Shown: piece by piece, positions 41,201-56,200 of the stretch
Position numbering within the stretch: position 1 is the stretch's first letter
How the letters are laid out: every line of letters begins with the position of its first letter
Assembly: GCA_036785375.1 (NCBI GenBank)
Contig: JAWMAR010000016.1
Coordinates: 10,354,001 to 10,418,000, forward strand
Direction of reading: 5' to 3'
DNA length: 64,000 nt
From: Leucoraja ocellata
Taxonomy: Eukaryota
Notes under the pieces: model-generated
Databases searched by the model: none
What the model was told of the DNA's origin: nothing
The model's input: only the letters and a program-made list of their open reading frames with translations
Program-made: the position numbers and the translations under genes

Positions 41201-44200
41201 ATATGACCTCCATTACATTACTACACAAAGCGCAAACAAGCAACTCGTTTCCCCGAACACTTGCCAAGGCTTACTGGATCTCCTGGTTGCTAACCATTTT
41301 AACTCTCCTTTCCATACTGACCTTTCTGTCCTTGACTTCCTCCATAGCCAGAGTGAGGCCATCTGGAGGGAAAGCTCCTCATAATCTACATGGGTCGCTG
41401 ACAATTTTGTTACTTTTTGCATCTTTCTGTAATCTTTCTATCTAGCTGTTCCTCTATCTCCCTCTGGTTATCTCCTCAGTGGACAAATCTCCAGTGTGTA
41501 CTCGTCCAGTGCCGCCATGATGTTTGCACCAATTAGTTGAGCAACTCCAACTCATTTACCTCCTCCTCTACCATATCTGAAACCCTGGAACATTGAGCTA
41601 GTACCATCCCTCTTGCAACAAAGTATTTGTAATGACCACAATATCGTACCACCAAGTATTGATCCAGGCTCCAAGTTCATCGGCTTCATCCATGATATTA
41701 ATTGAAATAAAATACTTCAACCCATCCGTTTCACCACATTCCTTAACCTCCCCCTGCCTTTCTTTCCTTTGAGATTTATTGGTCATAACATCTACCTTCC
41801 TATCAGTACATGGTGGACAGAGTACAAGTGTCCATCAGGCCTTGGCAGACAGGGTGCAAGTGACTCCTTTACATCAGCCAATCCAAGGGTAAACTAGGCA
41901 ACCGTTTTGCTGAACACCAGCATTGGATCTCCCTTTTGCTAACCATTTTAACTCTCCATCCCATTTGCATACAAACCTTTCTTTAGGGATAGAGATTTCC
42001 TTCAAACCATAAATACTGATGATGAGACAACTGTATGAACCATTAAGAACTATTGTGAAACAATCTAATCCTCCTGTCGTATTTTAGATCAGGGAACCTA
42101 TTTAACTAAACAGTAGGAACATTTTAAATTTCAATCAATCCTAAAAATAATTATTGAATTAAACTTTTCAGCTGTTCTAATCGGCAGAAATCTTAATACA
42201 TATAAGGCCGTAAGACCATAAGTCATAGGAACAGAATTAGGCCATTTAGCCCATCCAGTCTACTCAGTAACTCAATCATGGATGATCTATTTTCCCTCTC
42301 AACCCATTCTCCTGCCTTCTCCCCATAGCCTTCGACACTCTTAATAAGGAATATATCGATCTCTGCTTTAAAAATACCCAATGATGGTCTCCATAGCAGT
42401 CTGTGGTAATGAGTTCCACAGATTCACCACTGTATGTTTAAAGTTCCTCCTCATTATTTTGAAGATGCATCCTTTTATTGAGGCCATGTCACCTGATTCT
42501 AGTCACTCCCATTACTGGAAACATCCTGTCAACGTCCACTCTATCTAGGCCTTCCATTATCCAACAGGTTTCAATGGGATGCCCCCTCATCCTTCTAAAC
42601 TCCAGCGAGTACAGGCGCAGAGCCTCATCAATGCAGCCTCAAATGTTAGCCAATCAATCTCGGGTAATTCTCGTAAATCTCCTCTGGACCCTCTACCAAA
42701 CCAACACATCCTTCCACAGATATGGTGCTTACTATAGTCCAACTATGGTTTGAGGCAGGGAGAGGGAGAGGGGTGAGGAGAGAGAGGTGGAGAGGGGGAG
42801 GAGAGAGGGGTGGGGTACGGGAGGAGAGAGGGATGGGGGAGAGAGGTGTGGGGGGGGGGAGGGATGGGGAGGGAGGGGAGGATCGAGATGGGGTAGGGGA
42901 GGGAGGGGGAAGAGTGTGGAGGGAGGGGGAGAGGCGTGGGGGGGAGAGAGTGGGGAGGGAGGGGTAGGGGGAGAGGTGGAAGAGGGACAGAGGGGTAGGG
43001 GGAAGGGGACGGAGAGAGGGAAGGGGAAAGGGTAGAGAGGGAAGGGGGGTGGGGGATAGAGGGATGGGGGTGGGAGGAGAGGGAGAGGGGTGAGGAGAGG
43101 GAGTTGGAGAGGCGGAGGAGAGAGGGGTGGGGGAGGGGAGGGGGAGAGAGGTGTGGGGGAGGGGGGAGATGGGGTACCACCATGAGGTACCACCCCCAGT
43201 TTAAATTCCATTTGGAATATTTTGGAGGACCAAGAAACCAAGAACCAAGATCAGCACCTGATAAAGCCTCAGCATTACATCCTTGCTTTTAAATTCCAGT
43301 TCTCTCGAAATGAAGAAATTTGTATTCCTTACCGCCAACTCAACCTGCAAATTATCTTTTTGGAAATCCTCCCGTCCCTTTGCACCTCCAATTTCTGAAT
43401 CCTCTCATCATTTAGAAAGTAGTCTATGCCTTTACTTCTTCTACCAAAATGCATGACAATACAATTTTCTATGCTGTATTCCATTTGCCACTCCTTTGCC
43501 CACTCTCCCAACCTGTCCAAGTCTTCCTGCAGCGTCCCTGCTTCCTCAACCCTACCTGCCCCTCCACCTATCTATGCATCATCCGCAAACATGGCCACAA
43601 AGCCATCAATTCCCTCATCCAGATCATTAACATATAACGTGAAAAGTAGCAGACCCCACCTTCATTCCCACTCTTTGCCTCTGCTAGTCAGCCAATCTTC
43701 TATCCAAACTTGTACCTTCCTTCTTAATACCATGAATTCCTATCTTGTTTAGCAGCTTCACGTGTGAGACCTTTGCAAGACCTTCCAAAAATCCAAGTAA
43801 ACAACATCCACTAATTCTCTTGTCTATCCTGCTTGTTACTGCCTCAAATAACTCCAACAGATTTGATAGGCAAGATCTCCCCTTCACAAACCATGCTGAC
43901 TTCAGCCTATTTTATCACTTGCTTCCAAGTACCCGAAACCTCATCCTTAATGATTTTACCAACCACAGAAGTCATACTGACTGGATTATAATTTATTTAT
44001 TTTCTTTTGCCTCGTTCAATTCTTAAATAGTGGAATTCTATTTGAGATTTTACAGTCCTCTGGAAACATTCTTGACTACAGTAATTCTTGAGAGATCACG
44101 ACTAATGCGTCCACAGCTACCACTTTCAGAACCCAGGGGTATAGTCCATCTGGTCTAGGTGTCTTATCCACCTTCAGACCATTCAGCTTCCCAAGCACCA

Positions 44201-47200
44201 TATTTGACCATTTAGACCAAAACATGTAATTCACTTTCACAAGTAAATAAACAGAACAATTTGTTTAAAGACATGAAGGGATAAGATGAGCTGAGTTTAT
44301 GACAAGGTGCATCAGGAGACCAACGACAACCTGAACTGATAGCATCATTGCCACGATAAAGTATTTCAAGGCATTTTGTCCAAGATCAAACCACTCACTT
44401 ATACAGTCACTTTTTGCCATCCATCTTAGAAACATTCATATAACACATGGACTAAATATAATTGGTGAAGTAAAAGCCCATGAGGATCTTTAATAAAGAG
44501 AATGTTATTCTGTATTTATGCTTACAATACTCTGTTGTGCTGCAGCAAGCAAGAATTTCATTGTCCTATCTGGGACACATGACAATGACGACAAACTCTC
44601 TTGACTTGAAACTCTCTTGAAAAAGTGCATATACTAGGTATGTTACAAAACCTACCTGAATCGCCATTGGGAATCTGCCCTCAGCCAGGCCCGCGCTGTT
44701 TGGAGGGGGCGGGTTTAAAACGCGATTTTTACTAGGCTGTACTAATCGCACATGTTCAGCCTAGTAAATCATTAACGAAAAATCGCTGCAAGACCCGGTC
44801 GCAAAAGGTATTATTAGTTTTATAGGCCTCGATAATATAGTTCTAATAGATTTAAAATTACTGTTTCATCTCGCAACCTCTCGCAGCCCCAGGGTTTTAT
44901 AGAGCAAACAATTAAAGGTATGTACCTTATTTTTACATTAAATGGGGCATATATATAACCCTATATATCAAATTATCTATAACGAATAGCTCATTTTGGG
45001 CTTTTTATATCCCGCAGTATTTTTCTCGGCACTTGAGGGCACTAATCCAGCGCTATGTCAACGTTCTAAACCGGCGCGTTCCACATGAACCCACTAGAAA
45101 GCAGATTTAAATGGGCATTTATTTACAGCAATTGAACACTAAATTCCTTCCATTTGGCCTATAAATTAATGTAAATTAGATATAAAAATCATGTTATATT
45201 GTGAATTATTTGTGAATAATCTTTGGACACTTAGGCTATTTAAAAATGTTAATCTTTCCTTAAGAAATGGCCTGTTGACTATCCAAGATCACAGCTTTTT
45301 TGTAATGTCCATTGAAAATCAATAGGGAACAAGATGCTAATTTCCGAGTATGAAAATGGTCATAACGTTTTTAATACTTGAGATATGAAAGTGAATTTGG
45401 TGTCAAATTAAACTTATTGTTATGCTTTATCTGATGGGATAAATTGCAGACTTGATTTTTTAAATCTCAAAATTTTGTAACATTGCTACATATACTTTTG
45501 TGGTATAACAAAAAAAAAAATGTGTGTGAATTGAGCATACTTTTAAAGTGCTATTCAGCTTGTTAACCTTTCGTCAACAAGATGTTAATGGAACTTTTAA
45601 AGAATTTACACTTTTTACCATTTCAAAATGTTAAAAGGTCATGCACAAGAACTATACATAGCAGCAATCCCCCTCATAGGATCTGACATGCAACATTCAA
45701 TCCGACCTCGGACGCTGTCTGTATGGAGTTTGCACGTTCTCCCTGTGACCATATGGGATCTCCGAGTGCCTCGGTTTCTTCCCACATGGCAAAGATGAGC
45801 AGGTAGTCGGTTAAAATGTGTAGGAAAGAACTGCAGATGCTGGTTTAAATCGAAGGTAGACACAAAATGCTGGAGTAACTCAGTGGGTCAGGCAGCATCT
45901 CTGGAGAGAAGGAATGGGTGACGTTATGGGTTGAGACCTGATGTTGGTTAATTGGCTTCTGTAAAACTGCCCTTAATGTGTAGGGAGTTGATGAGAAAGT
46001 GGGATAACAAAGAATTGTGTGAATGAGTGATCAATGGCCGGTGTAGACTCGATGGGCTGAAGGACCTGTTTCCATGCTGCATCGCTACACTAAACTGTTA
46101 GAGAATCACAATTGGCAGAACAGAACATACTCATTGTTTAATTCCAAAGCTTGGTACGCTGCCTTCATTCTAGCTTGAGCATTCCTCTCCCGCCATGCTT
46201 TCTGCATCACTGTTAAAATAAATCAATGTCAACATCATGGTTATTTGCAGATCACACTCACCAATACAGCAGAACATCTGGACAGAAAAACACTTTAAGC
46301 CCACATTCGACAAGAAAGTCATTGAATCTTTCTAGCTAGAAAAGAACAGATGTTCTAACATGGATTGTTGCATTCCAATAGACATAATGTAGACAATAAT
46401 AACGCGAAGATGAAATATACCATTAAAAAAATGATCAGTGTTTTGTTGCCAGCAATGGCTTTTGTATTACGACAGCCACATGATCCCAAACAAGCATGCA
46501 AGTTTAGAATTTTACACGTTATCTTGAAAATGTTATCTAACACTTCAGTGGAAAGATGCCCGTCCAATGCGCCTTCACACAGAAATACGGCACATGTGGG
46601 GAAGAATTAAAATGCTCGTTCTTTCATCACTTTGGCTTGCTGAAAATGCTGACCATTGTGGTCATAAATCATCCAAATCAGACACTCCCAAATCCTGGTT
46701 TGTGCTAAATCAACTATCATGGGTAGGGTAGCATGTATACAAATTGGTCTTGTGCTCCATGCTCTGCACCAAATGCCAGTCACAACCTGGCAGCCTGGTG
46801 TTTCTGATTTTGACTTCTTAAGGAATTTCACAAGCATGAATGAAGCATGTTTAGTGAAGAAGGAATAATGGATGAAAAAGCATCTGAACCAGTACTCGGT
46901 CACACAATCAAGCCAAGGTTTACATTTTCCAACATTGAGCATTGAATTTAGATTTGCATTTCATACTGGAATTGTCAATGTGAATTAACCACACCAACTA
47001 TAGTTTCATGTCAGTGATGGTCCTGCAGTGGCTCCAAAGGTAGGAGCATGTGATTACTGTGTGGCAAGTTGACAGGTAATTTCCGTTACAACTGTGTACA
47101 GGGCTTTTTGCTTGAAATAAATGACAGAATATGCATGAATTTTTTAAAATATTAAAACATAAAATATGTTGACACTCCTGAGATACTGAATTGTCGAAGG

Positions 47201-50200
47201 CACAGTGTTCTGCTCCACCCATGTCCCATCTGCTTAATCTCAACTGCTCATAAAAGATTTCATGACACGATGTGAAGAAAAGCAGTGATGTTCTCCAAAT
47301 TTTGTAATGAAAGCAGACAAGTTTGGCATTTTTAATTGATCAATTTTTCAGAATCACCATTCCCAAAATTTTCAGCAGTGACTACAAGGCTTCTATACCA
47401 CAAAATGCATCGTCACCCAATCCATTTTTGTCCCAGGTTATCTGTCACACATGCAGGCTTACCAGAAGGAATCCAAAGCAGAGAAAGACTTGTAGATATT
47501 TCCTAATCACTAAGACCTAGTGCATAGCATAATATAAATGCTATTGCAGAAACTGGCAAGGAACAGATTTCTAAATCAAGATGAATAAATATAATTTACA
47601 CTGGTGAGAAGCATCTAATTGCCTAATCCATTATTTAATTAAGAGAGGTCTGCATCATGAACAAACACATTTCAGCCAGTATTGCTAGGAAACAGAATAT
47701 AGTGTGCAGGAAGTGTTCAAGAAGGAACTGCAGATGCTGGAAAATCGAAGGTGCACAAAAATGCTGGAGAAACTCAGCGGGTGCAGCAGCATCTATGGAG
47801 CGAAGGAAATAGGTGACGTTTCGGGCCGAAACCCTTCTTCAGACTAGTGTGCAGGAAACTGGGTTTAAAAGTGAACAATATAATTGATATGATTGACAAA
47901 CATTTTTTAACAAAGCGAGTATATCCACTCCACCTCATAAACTGTATGTTAAACTGGAAAAAAGGCAATTGAAAGCCCCAAGGTGAACAAGGAATTTGGT
48001 TGAAATTGTATCTCGTAAGAGTGACAACTAACACCAAGATATTGGTTAGTACATGGGACAAGAAACAATGTTCATTTAATAAAGAACTAGGCCAAACCTT
48101 TCACATTTCACTTGACAGTTTGACTTTTTACAGCTGAAAACTTAAAATGCTCTCCATCATGAGGCTTCAGTGAGCTGAGTGTAATTGGAATGGGGATATT
48201 AACAAAAGAATGTAATAACAAGTTAATCCAACAGGAACCAAACCTAGTAATTACATACCTGAAAGCTTTGGTAAGCTCCATTAAAAGTGCTTGTGCATTG
48301 TAATACTAAAGGGTGCATATAAACTGTAGCTATCAGAGCTATCAATTTCTCTTGTGAAAAGAATGCCAGCGCAGGTGCCCATAGTTAGTTTAGGATTTAG
48401 ATATTGTAAACCTAAACTCTCATATATTAAGTCATTACGTTTTAAATGACACCACCCCGCCCCACCACCAAATTCTAGAACCTTTTAAAAACTCTTCCAT
48501 GATATTCCTGTATGCGTATCATGGTAGCAGCATTCCTGTACCCAAAATGCCATTGGATTTCTCTGCTTGTCAATGCCTCAGACTCACCTGCATCTGCAGG
48601 TCTGACATGATCTGTGTCACACGTGAAAAAGGTCTGATGGTCCTGTGCAGACAGATTCATGTCATAATATGTCAATGGCTCTCTTCCTGTGACCCATGTG
48701 TATCTTTAGAAAACAAACAAAAAGGATTATTAAACATTGTTCACAATCGAGGGTTATGATCGGGGAACGTTCAGAAATGTGTCAGCGTGATTCACACGTA
48801 TTGCTTTAGTCAAAATGCATGAAAATGTGTGGAGGCACGAGACTGCAGATAGAGTTATGGAGCGATGGTGCACGGAAACAAGGCTTTTGGTCCAACTCAT
48901 CCGTGCCAACCAAAATGCCCAGCGACACTAGTCCTAGTTTCCTGTCTTTGGCCCATATAAATTGAAACCTTTCCTATCCACATATCTGTCCAAATGGCCT
49001 TTAAATGTTGACACAAGGAGCTGAGGATGTTGCAAACTCTGAGCAGAAAAACAAAGTGCTTAAAGAATTTGGCGCATCCGGCAGCGTTTATGGACTGAAA
49101 TAGATAGACAGGGTTTTGGGTTTGGACCCTTCTTCCGACTAGGTCAACAATCTGTCTGAATAAATATCCCAACCAGAAACTTTATCTGCCCATTTCCTAC
49201 GAGAGATGCTGCCTGACCCGCTGAGTTCCTCCAGCACTTAGTCTTTTACAGTTAATTCATGCCTCAGCTACATCCTGTGGTAGCCGGTTCCTTTATGTAC
49301 CTTTATCTGTCGAAAAAGTTGTCCCTTTCAAAATCTTTATTTTCTCACAAATCTCTGTCTGCTCTGTAGTTCTTGATTCCCAACCCTGGGGAAAAAGGCG
49401 GAGTGCATTCTCTCTATATATGCTGGATGCTGGAATCTGGAGTACAGCACAAATTGCTGGAGGAACGAAGCAAGTTCCAAACATTTGACCAATTCTTTGT
49501 CATCAGGGATGCTGCTTAACTCACTGATTTCCTCCAGCAGTTTGTGTATTAAAATATTTATTGTGTTTAGAAGGCAAGCCCAAATAAACTTTTCTAAACT
49601 GACTATTTGCGGGAAATCCCAATTTTAATGTTTTGCCATCGATTGTTTGATAAGAGTTGATTAGCTCAGGAATCACATTAAAATGCAACAACTGATCTTT
49701 TCTGCAGTCAGGGTGAAAGCTTTAGATACTATCATTGGGATTACTTCTGGGACAAATAGGACCTGTACAAGAAACAAGGGTTACACCTAAACTGGAGAGA
49801 GACCGATATCCTTGCAAGGAGGTTTGCTGATGCTACTCGGGGGAGGGGAGGGGGGTTATGTTTGTTTGACATGAGAGGTGGTAAACTCAGCAGCAGTGAA
49901 GCAGGTAGGGAGATTAACTCAAATGTAGAAGGTAAATCAAGCAAGTCCAGTGTGGGTGAGCACACAGAGGAAAGTTAGGGACTGTGTGGGGGTCAGATTG
50001 GCTCAACTCCCTTTACTTTAATGCACCAAGTGTTGCAGGTAAATCAGGTAAGCTTAGCGCATGGTATTATGATATTATTGCAATCACGAAAACGTGGTTG
50101 AGGGAATATTCTGGGATATAAAACTTACAAATGTGACAGGAGGGAGTCACAAAAGAGGACAGGAAGTCAAACTTTTGATGATCTCCTGAAGGGTTCCTCC

Positions 50201-53200
50201 AACAAGGCCAGAGGAGAAGAATTTAGGAATAAGCGAGGGGTTGAGTTACAGCGGCAGGTCAGCAGAAATGAAAGGATCAGGTACATAAACAAATTGCAGA
50301 AAGATGAAATAATAATGTTATAGTATTGGGGGGGGGGGCGGGGGGGGGGGGAGCGGGAGAGGGAGGGGTTCAAATTCCTCAATATTAACTGAGATTGCCC
50401 GAGTGCAAGGAACTTAGATGGGGCAGAATTTGTTAAGAGAGTCCAAGATAGTTTTTTGGGACAATATTGGCATATGGAGAGAACCTAGAAGTGTTTTTTT
50501 TTCAGTATGGCAGGAGTAGACAGAAACAATAGGTCCATCAGGATCAAAAACCTATTTGTGGATTTTGGGAAGAAGATAAAAATGGACAGTGTAGGGTTGG
50601 GAACTCTCGAACACCTTCTCATACGTGCCCCTACACCATTGTGGAAGTTTCAACAGCTCTGTTTTATTTTCGAATGGAGAGAAAGTATTGCATTGTTTCC
50701 TCTCATCCTCAGTCAACCCACTTTATCCCCACATGCACGCACGCAAACAAATTTTGCCTTAACCACCATATTGAGCCAATATTGACATACCTGCTGTACT
50801 CGGCTCCTCTAAAGAGGTTCAACGGGTTTCTCCATACCTTGCATTCTGTCAGAACAAATTTTCAAATATTAATTATTAATGGAAGGGAATGGATAAGAAT
50901 TCAATCTATAATGCTGCAAGATGTATTTCTTAAAGGGATCTCAGAAGTGATTGGTTCGTGCAGTGTTTGAGCAGCTTTTCACTTCTGAAACCTAGGTAGA
51001 AATAACCCAAATAAATGAACAGAGAAAATAAACCATCCTATATCTGCTGGCTTTAAACTCCAAAGTGATTTGAGTTTGGACAATCCAAATTCTAATGACA
51101 AAGTTGTCCCAAAGATAAGACAATCTGTACTTGTTTGAAACTTGTTTATTACAAAATGCCCCCACCGATTAATATGAACACAATGTTAATAATGATTCAA
51201 AGGAGTATTTGAATAAAAGAATGAGCACTCAAAAAGACTCTGCAAACTGGCACATGAAAACAAAAAAATAAGGGATGTAAGAATTATTAAATACTTTTTC
51301 AAAGAGAAAGATTTCATGGAGATAGAGGTATGAATGTGGGAATTAGTCTTAATGTTCCCCTTTGTTTCTTGTTCATGTTCTGAGGACATGGATGACAATG
51401 TCAATATTAACTGTCCATCCCTACCACTGAACTGAAGATTCACTTAAAAATTAACCAGAGTAGTAGGGTTGGAATCGCACATAAGCAAGATTGGGTAAGG
51501 ACTGCAAATGGTTTTGCCGCTATAGATATTAATGAAGCAGATGGATTTTTTTAATAACTGGTAGGTTTGTGGGTCCCACTGTTGATATTATTTCTTTTAA
51601 ATTGTGAACTGACAATAAGTGATCACGAAGATGTTAGAATCAGAGTCTGATGATACTGGTAGTAGAGTTAACCATGAGGAAAGATATTTTAGAACTGAGG
51701 AACTAAGAATCAGGAACCATTGCAGGCCAGTGAGACTATGATAGTCCATGAGTAAGATAGTACATGCAAGTACACCTGTCCTATCTTCCTGTTCTAACCC
51801 ACACTAGCCACATTCCAGCACATGGCAACAGGAATAATCAGGAGATTACTACCCCCGAGGTCCAGCTTTCTAACCTTCTGACCAACTCCCTGCATTCACT
51901 CTGCAGGACCTCATCCCTTTTCCTACCTTCCACTTCCCAGCAACCCCTTTCTCTGACACGACCTGGAGCTGCAGCTGTTCCTGCTGTTGCAACTGCAATC
52001 ACAAGGCAGTCGCTGACAAAGTGGGGCGGCACAGTGATAGTTACTACCTGACAGCGTCAGAGACTCAGGTTTGATCCTGACTACAGGTGCTGTGTGTGGA
52101 GTTTGTAAGTTCTTCCTGTGACCACGTGGGTTTTCTCCGGATGCCCCGGTTTCCTCCCACACTCCAAGTACATGCAGGTTTATAGACTAATTGGCTTTGG
52201 TGAAATTGTAAACATTGTAAATTGTCCCTGTGTAGGATAGTGCTAGTGTACGGGGTGATCACTGGTTGGTGCAGAATCAGTGTGCCGAAGGGCCTGTTTC
52301 TGTGCTGCATCTCTAAAGACTAAAGGCAACCGCACTCAAACATGGCAACGTAATCTTTACATCAGAACGTTGTGGCTTCAAGTGCCACCAGAAAGACAAG
52401 AGTACCTAATCTATGTGCACTCCATGCAGTATTATGGGTGAGCTTCAGTGGGAGAATTGCTTTACCATATCAATCCTGGTCTGCACACGACCCTCCAGTG
52501 AACAAGTTTAATCTTTCACAGCATAGCAGAGTACATCTGGAGTCCCGATCAAAATTTATGCCACAAGCCAAAATTAAATCATAGCAAGCTATTGTGTGTG
52601 CATCGGTGCAGGAAGCAAATTGACAGCAGCATTTCCCATATTTACAAATTTACTAATTTGTAAAAAAAAAACATGGGCTGTAAAACATTTTGGAACTGGC
52701 TGAGATTTATGAGCTGGAAGACTGGAGTATGGTAAATGCTGTTCCTTTATTCAAGAATGGCTGCAGGGAAAAGCCTGGGAACTACAGGCCAGTGAAACTG
52801 ACACCAGTGGTCAGAAAGTTACTAGAGTATTCTGAGGGATAAGATATACATGCATTTAGGTAGACAAGAGCTAATTAGGGATAGTCAGCATGGTTTTGTG
52901 CATGGGAGGTCATATCTTATGAATGTGATTTGAGTTTTTTGACGATGTGTCCAAAAAGGTTGCTGAGGGCACTGTAGACATTGTTTATGTGTAGGAAAGA
53001 TGCTGGTTTAAATCAAAGGTTAACACAAAATGCTGGAGTAACTCAGCGGGTCAGACAGCATCTCTGGAGAGAGAGTAGACATTGCATATATGGATTTCAA
53101 CAAGACATTTGACAAGGTATCTAAAGAGAGATAGATAATGGATAGAAAATTGGCTTAATGGAAGAAATGGTGGAAGGTTGCTTGTCAGACTGGAGGCCTG

Positions 53201-56200
53201 TGACAAGTGGTACGCCTCAGGGTTCAGTGCTGGGCCCCATTGCTGTTTGTCATCTATATTAATGATTTGGATGTGAATGTGCATGGCATGATTAGCAAAT
53301 TTGCAGATGAAACAAAAGTGGGTGATATTGTAGATAGTGAAGATGGTTGTCAACAATTTCAGCAGGATCGTTGGGCTGAAGAACGATTGATGGAATTTTA
53401 TACAAAGAAGTGTAACTTGTTGCAATTTGGGAAGTCTAACGTGGGCAGGACCTATGCTGTGAATGGTAGGGCTCTGGGGAGTGTTGTAGAGCAGAGTTTC
53501 CTTGGAAGTATCGTCACAGATAGTAGGGTGGTCAAAACATCTTTTGGCACATAAGCCTTCACCAGTCAGAATATTGAGTATAGAAGTTGGCAGGTCATGT
53601 TTCAGTTATATACGATGTTGGTGAGGCCACATTTAAAGTACTGTATTCAATTTTGGACACCATGTCATAGGAAAGATATTGTCAAGCTGCAAATCTAAAA
53701 GAAATACTAAAATAGATAATAATGTTAATTTCTAATGGATTGATGCAGAAGACTGAAAGGTAATGTGATTTAGGCAATTATTTTGGACACAGAATACTCT
53801 TACAGCTAATGTTTGTTAAGCATAGCTTCATTTAATTATTGCTGCAAAACTAGTTTTACAGATCGGAAACCAACCATAATATTTAATTACTGTAACATTC
53901 ATCTTACTGATGTAAATCTGTGACAGATTATAACATACAGATGCAATTCTATGGTGGACTTCCCAACATTCAGGGATGAAGCCATGCTGAAATTCCCCGT
54001 GAATAGGATGATTCTAAAATGGCATTCCCAATTCACAGGAATGGTACTACGATAACATTCCTGGTATAGTTGGAGGATTCCATGATAGCATTCCCTCTAC
54101 AGGATGCTTCTCTCGAAAATCTAACTCAGAAGATCTGATTCTAAGGGTCATAGTCATAAATATTTCCCGTATTTCTGGTTTTGGTTCTTTACAACTCATT
54201 AAATTGTTCTTCATTGCACAAAAACAATCAAGATTATCAATAGAAGTGATTACCCGAAACATTTTGCCTGTTCGACTCAGCCTCTCCATTGCTGGCAGTA
54301 AAATTAATTGAAGGCGTGTTGTTATCCACCGCGCCAAGTAGTGGCCGCAAGTGGCTCACGGAGACCTGCTCAATGAAGGATGTGCCGTACTTCCGAAAAT
54401 ACCACCATTCAAAAATCTGAAACGGTAAAGCAGACATGCAGGAGAAGAGGCATTATTAGACTGCTGATGCTTTCATTCATCTTTAGCTAAGTGAAACTAC
54501 TTGATAAATGACTGGTGCCAACTGTGGCTCAGTTGTCTGCTCTATTATCTTGAGGTTAGAAGATTATGGCTTTAAGTATAGAATCCAGATGTATACTCCT
54601 GTATAATCTTAACAACTACTACATTGTTAGAGATGCCACTTTTGAGCTAATGTGTTAAATCAATTTGTCCCCTTAGGTGATCCCATGGTACCACTTTAAA
54701 GATAAATAGGTGATTCTTCCCTGGTGTATTGGCTAATGTTTATCCACTTTGTTGATGCACTTTCCTTCGTCTGAACAGCGACTACATTTCAAATGTAGTC
54801 TGGAGCATCCAGAAGCTGTGTATTATTCTGCAAAATATAAGTGCTTTTTTGTATGTCATTTTACACTGTAAATTAAATTTGGGTTAATTTTATCAGTTTT
54901 TCTTTTAGTCAAGGTATGCATTGAACTTCCGCTCAGCGATTCCCAGGCTCATTGTAACTCAAGAATGACCCTTGGCATTTACAGTGCAATAGAATACAAG
55001 ATATTTTAAATCAGCATACAGCCCCAGACAACTGATGTTATCTTCACACCTCCATACTTAAGCATGCCCGAGCTTTACTGAAAGTCTATGACCTGGGGAT
55101 AGGGAATAAGCTCTGATTAACAAAGTATATATATCAAACTACTTTCCTTTTTATAATCTCCCTATTCCATGACATGTTTAAAATGCCAGTTATAATATCC
55201 TTGCACTGGCTACTGAAAAGAACCGAAATGCATCTCTATTTCACTTTCCGCAGCAGATTGGCTTGCTGGTGCCTTTCCACAAAGCTCAGATTAGAAACTC
55301 ATGCCCCTGGGAATCACTATGTTTCAAGGCACCAGAAGCAGCAGAGGAAGGCTGAAATACCACAGAACCTGATAAAGTATGAACCTTTAAATAAGATTTA
55401 AAGTGAAAATAGAATTTCTGAAATTGTTCAAAACATCTAAGCTGCACCACCCTGTATTTAATGGCATATGGTCAAATGACTGTACATCACAACATATCTT
55501 CTATACCTTTTCACATTGTACCCGTTTTCTTTTGTAGCCTTCACACAGATGCCTAATATTGCAAAACTTGCAGAAATTAGGTAGTGCATTAATAAGGTAC
55601 CATTTGCTTTTTTTTTTGTAGCTTGCTGCATCTGCATGTTAATTTTCAATGTCTCATGTACAAGAACACTCCAGTAACCTTATCAATTGCTCTGGCTAAC
55701 TAAAACTCTACAAACTAAAATTAATTTTACATTTTTCCCAGTTTTTTATTGTCATATGTACCAATTAAGGTACAGTGATATGCAAATTACCATACAGCCA
55801 TACAAAATAAGACACACAACTACATAAAACTTAACATAAACATTCACCAGAGCGGATTCCCCACATTCCTCACTGTGATGGAAGGCAAAAAATTCCAAAC
55901 TTCTTCCTCTTTATTCTCCCGCGGTCGGGACAATCGAAGCTCCCTCAGCCAGTGGTCGAAATTCCCACGTCGGGGCGATCAAAACTCCTGCGGCTTGGAG
56001 TTCCAAAGGTTGGTCTCTGACCAGAGACTGCGAGCAACGTGTTGGTAAATCCACAAGCACCCATGGTTGGAGCTCCGAGGTCGATCCCTGACAAAGGGAT
56101 CGTGGGCTCCGCGATGTTAAAGTCCCGTAGGCTCCTCGCGGTGGAGCTCTCAAAAGTCGGTCTCCAGCAAAGGCAGCCAACTCCTCGATGTTAGGCCGCA

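Noticed and set aside
42722-43292. Pro/Ser-rich and Gly/Glu/Arg-rich ORFs
   Set aside because: By-products of the polypurine low-complexity tract; no splice context or domain.
40534-46130. Equivalent of the alternative cassette exon recalled for human ST7 between the ALE..N and CATAY exons
   Set aside because: No matching sequence seen; the flanking exons join in frame without it.
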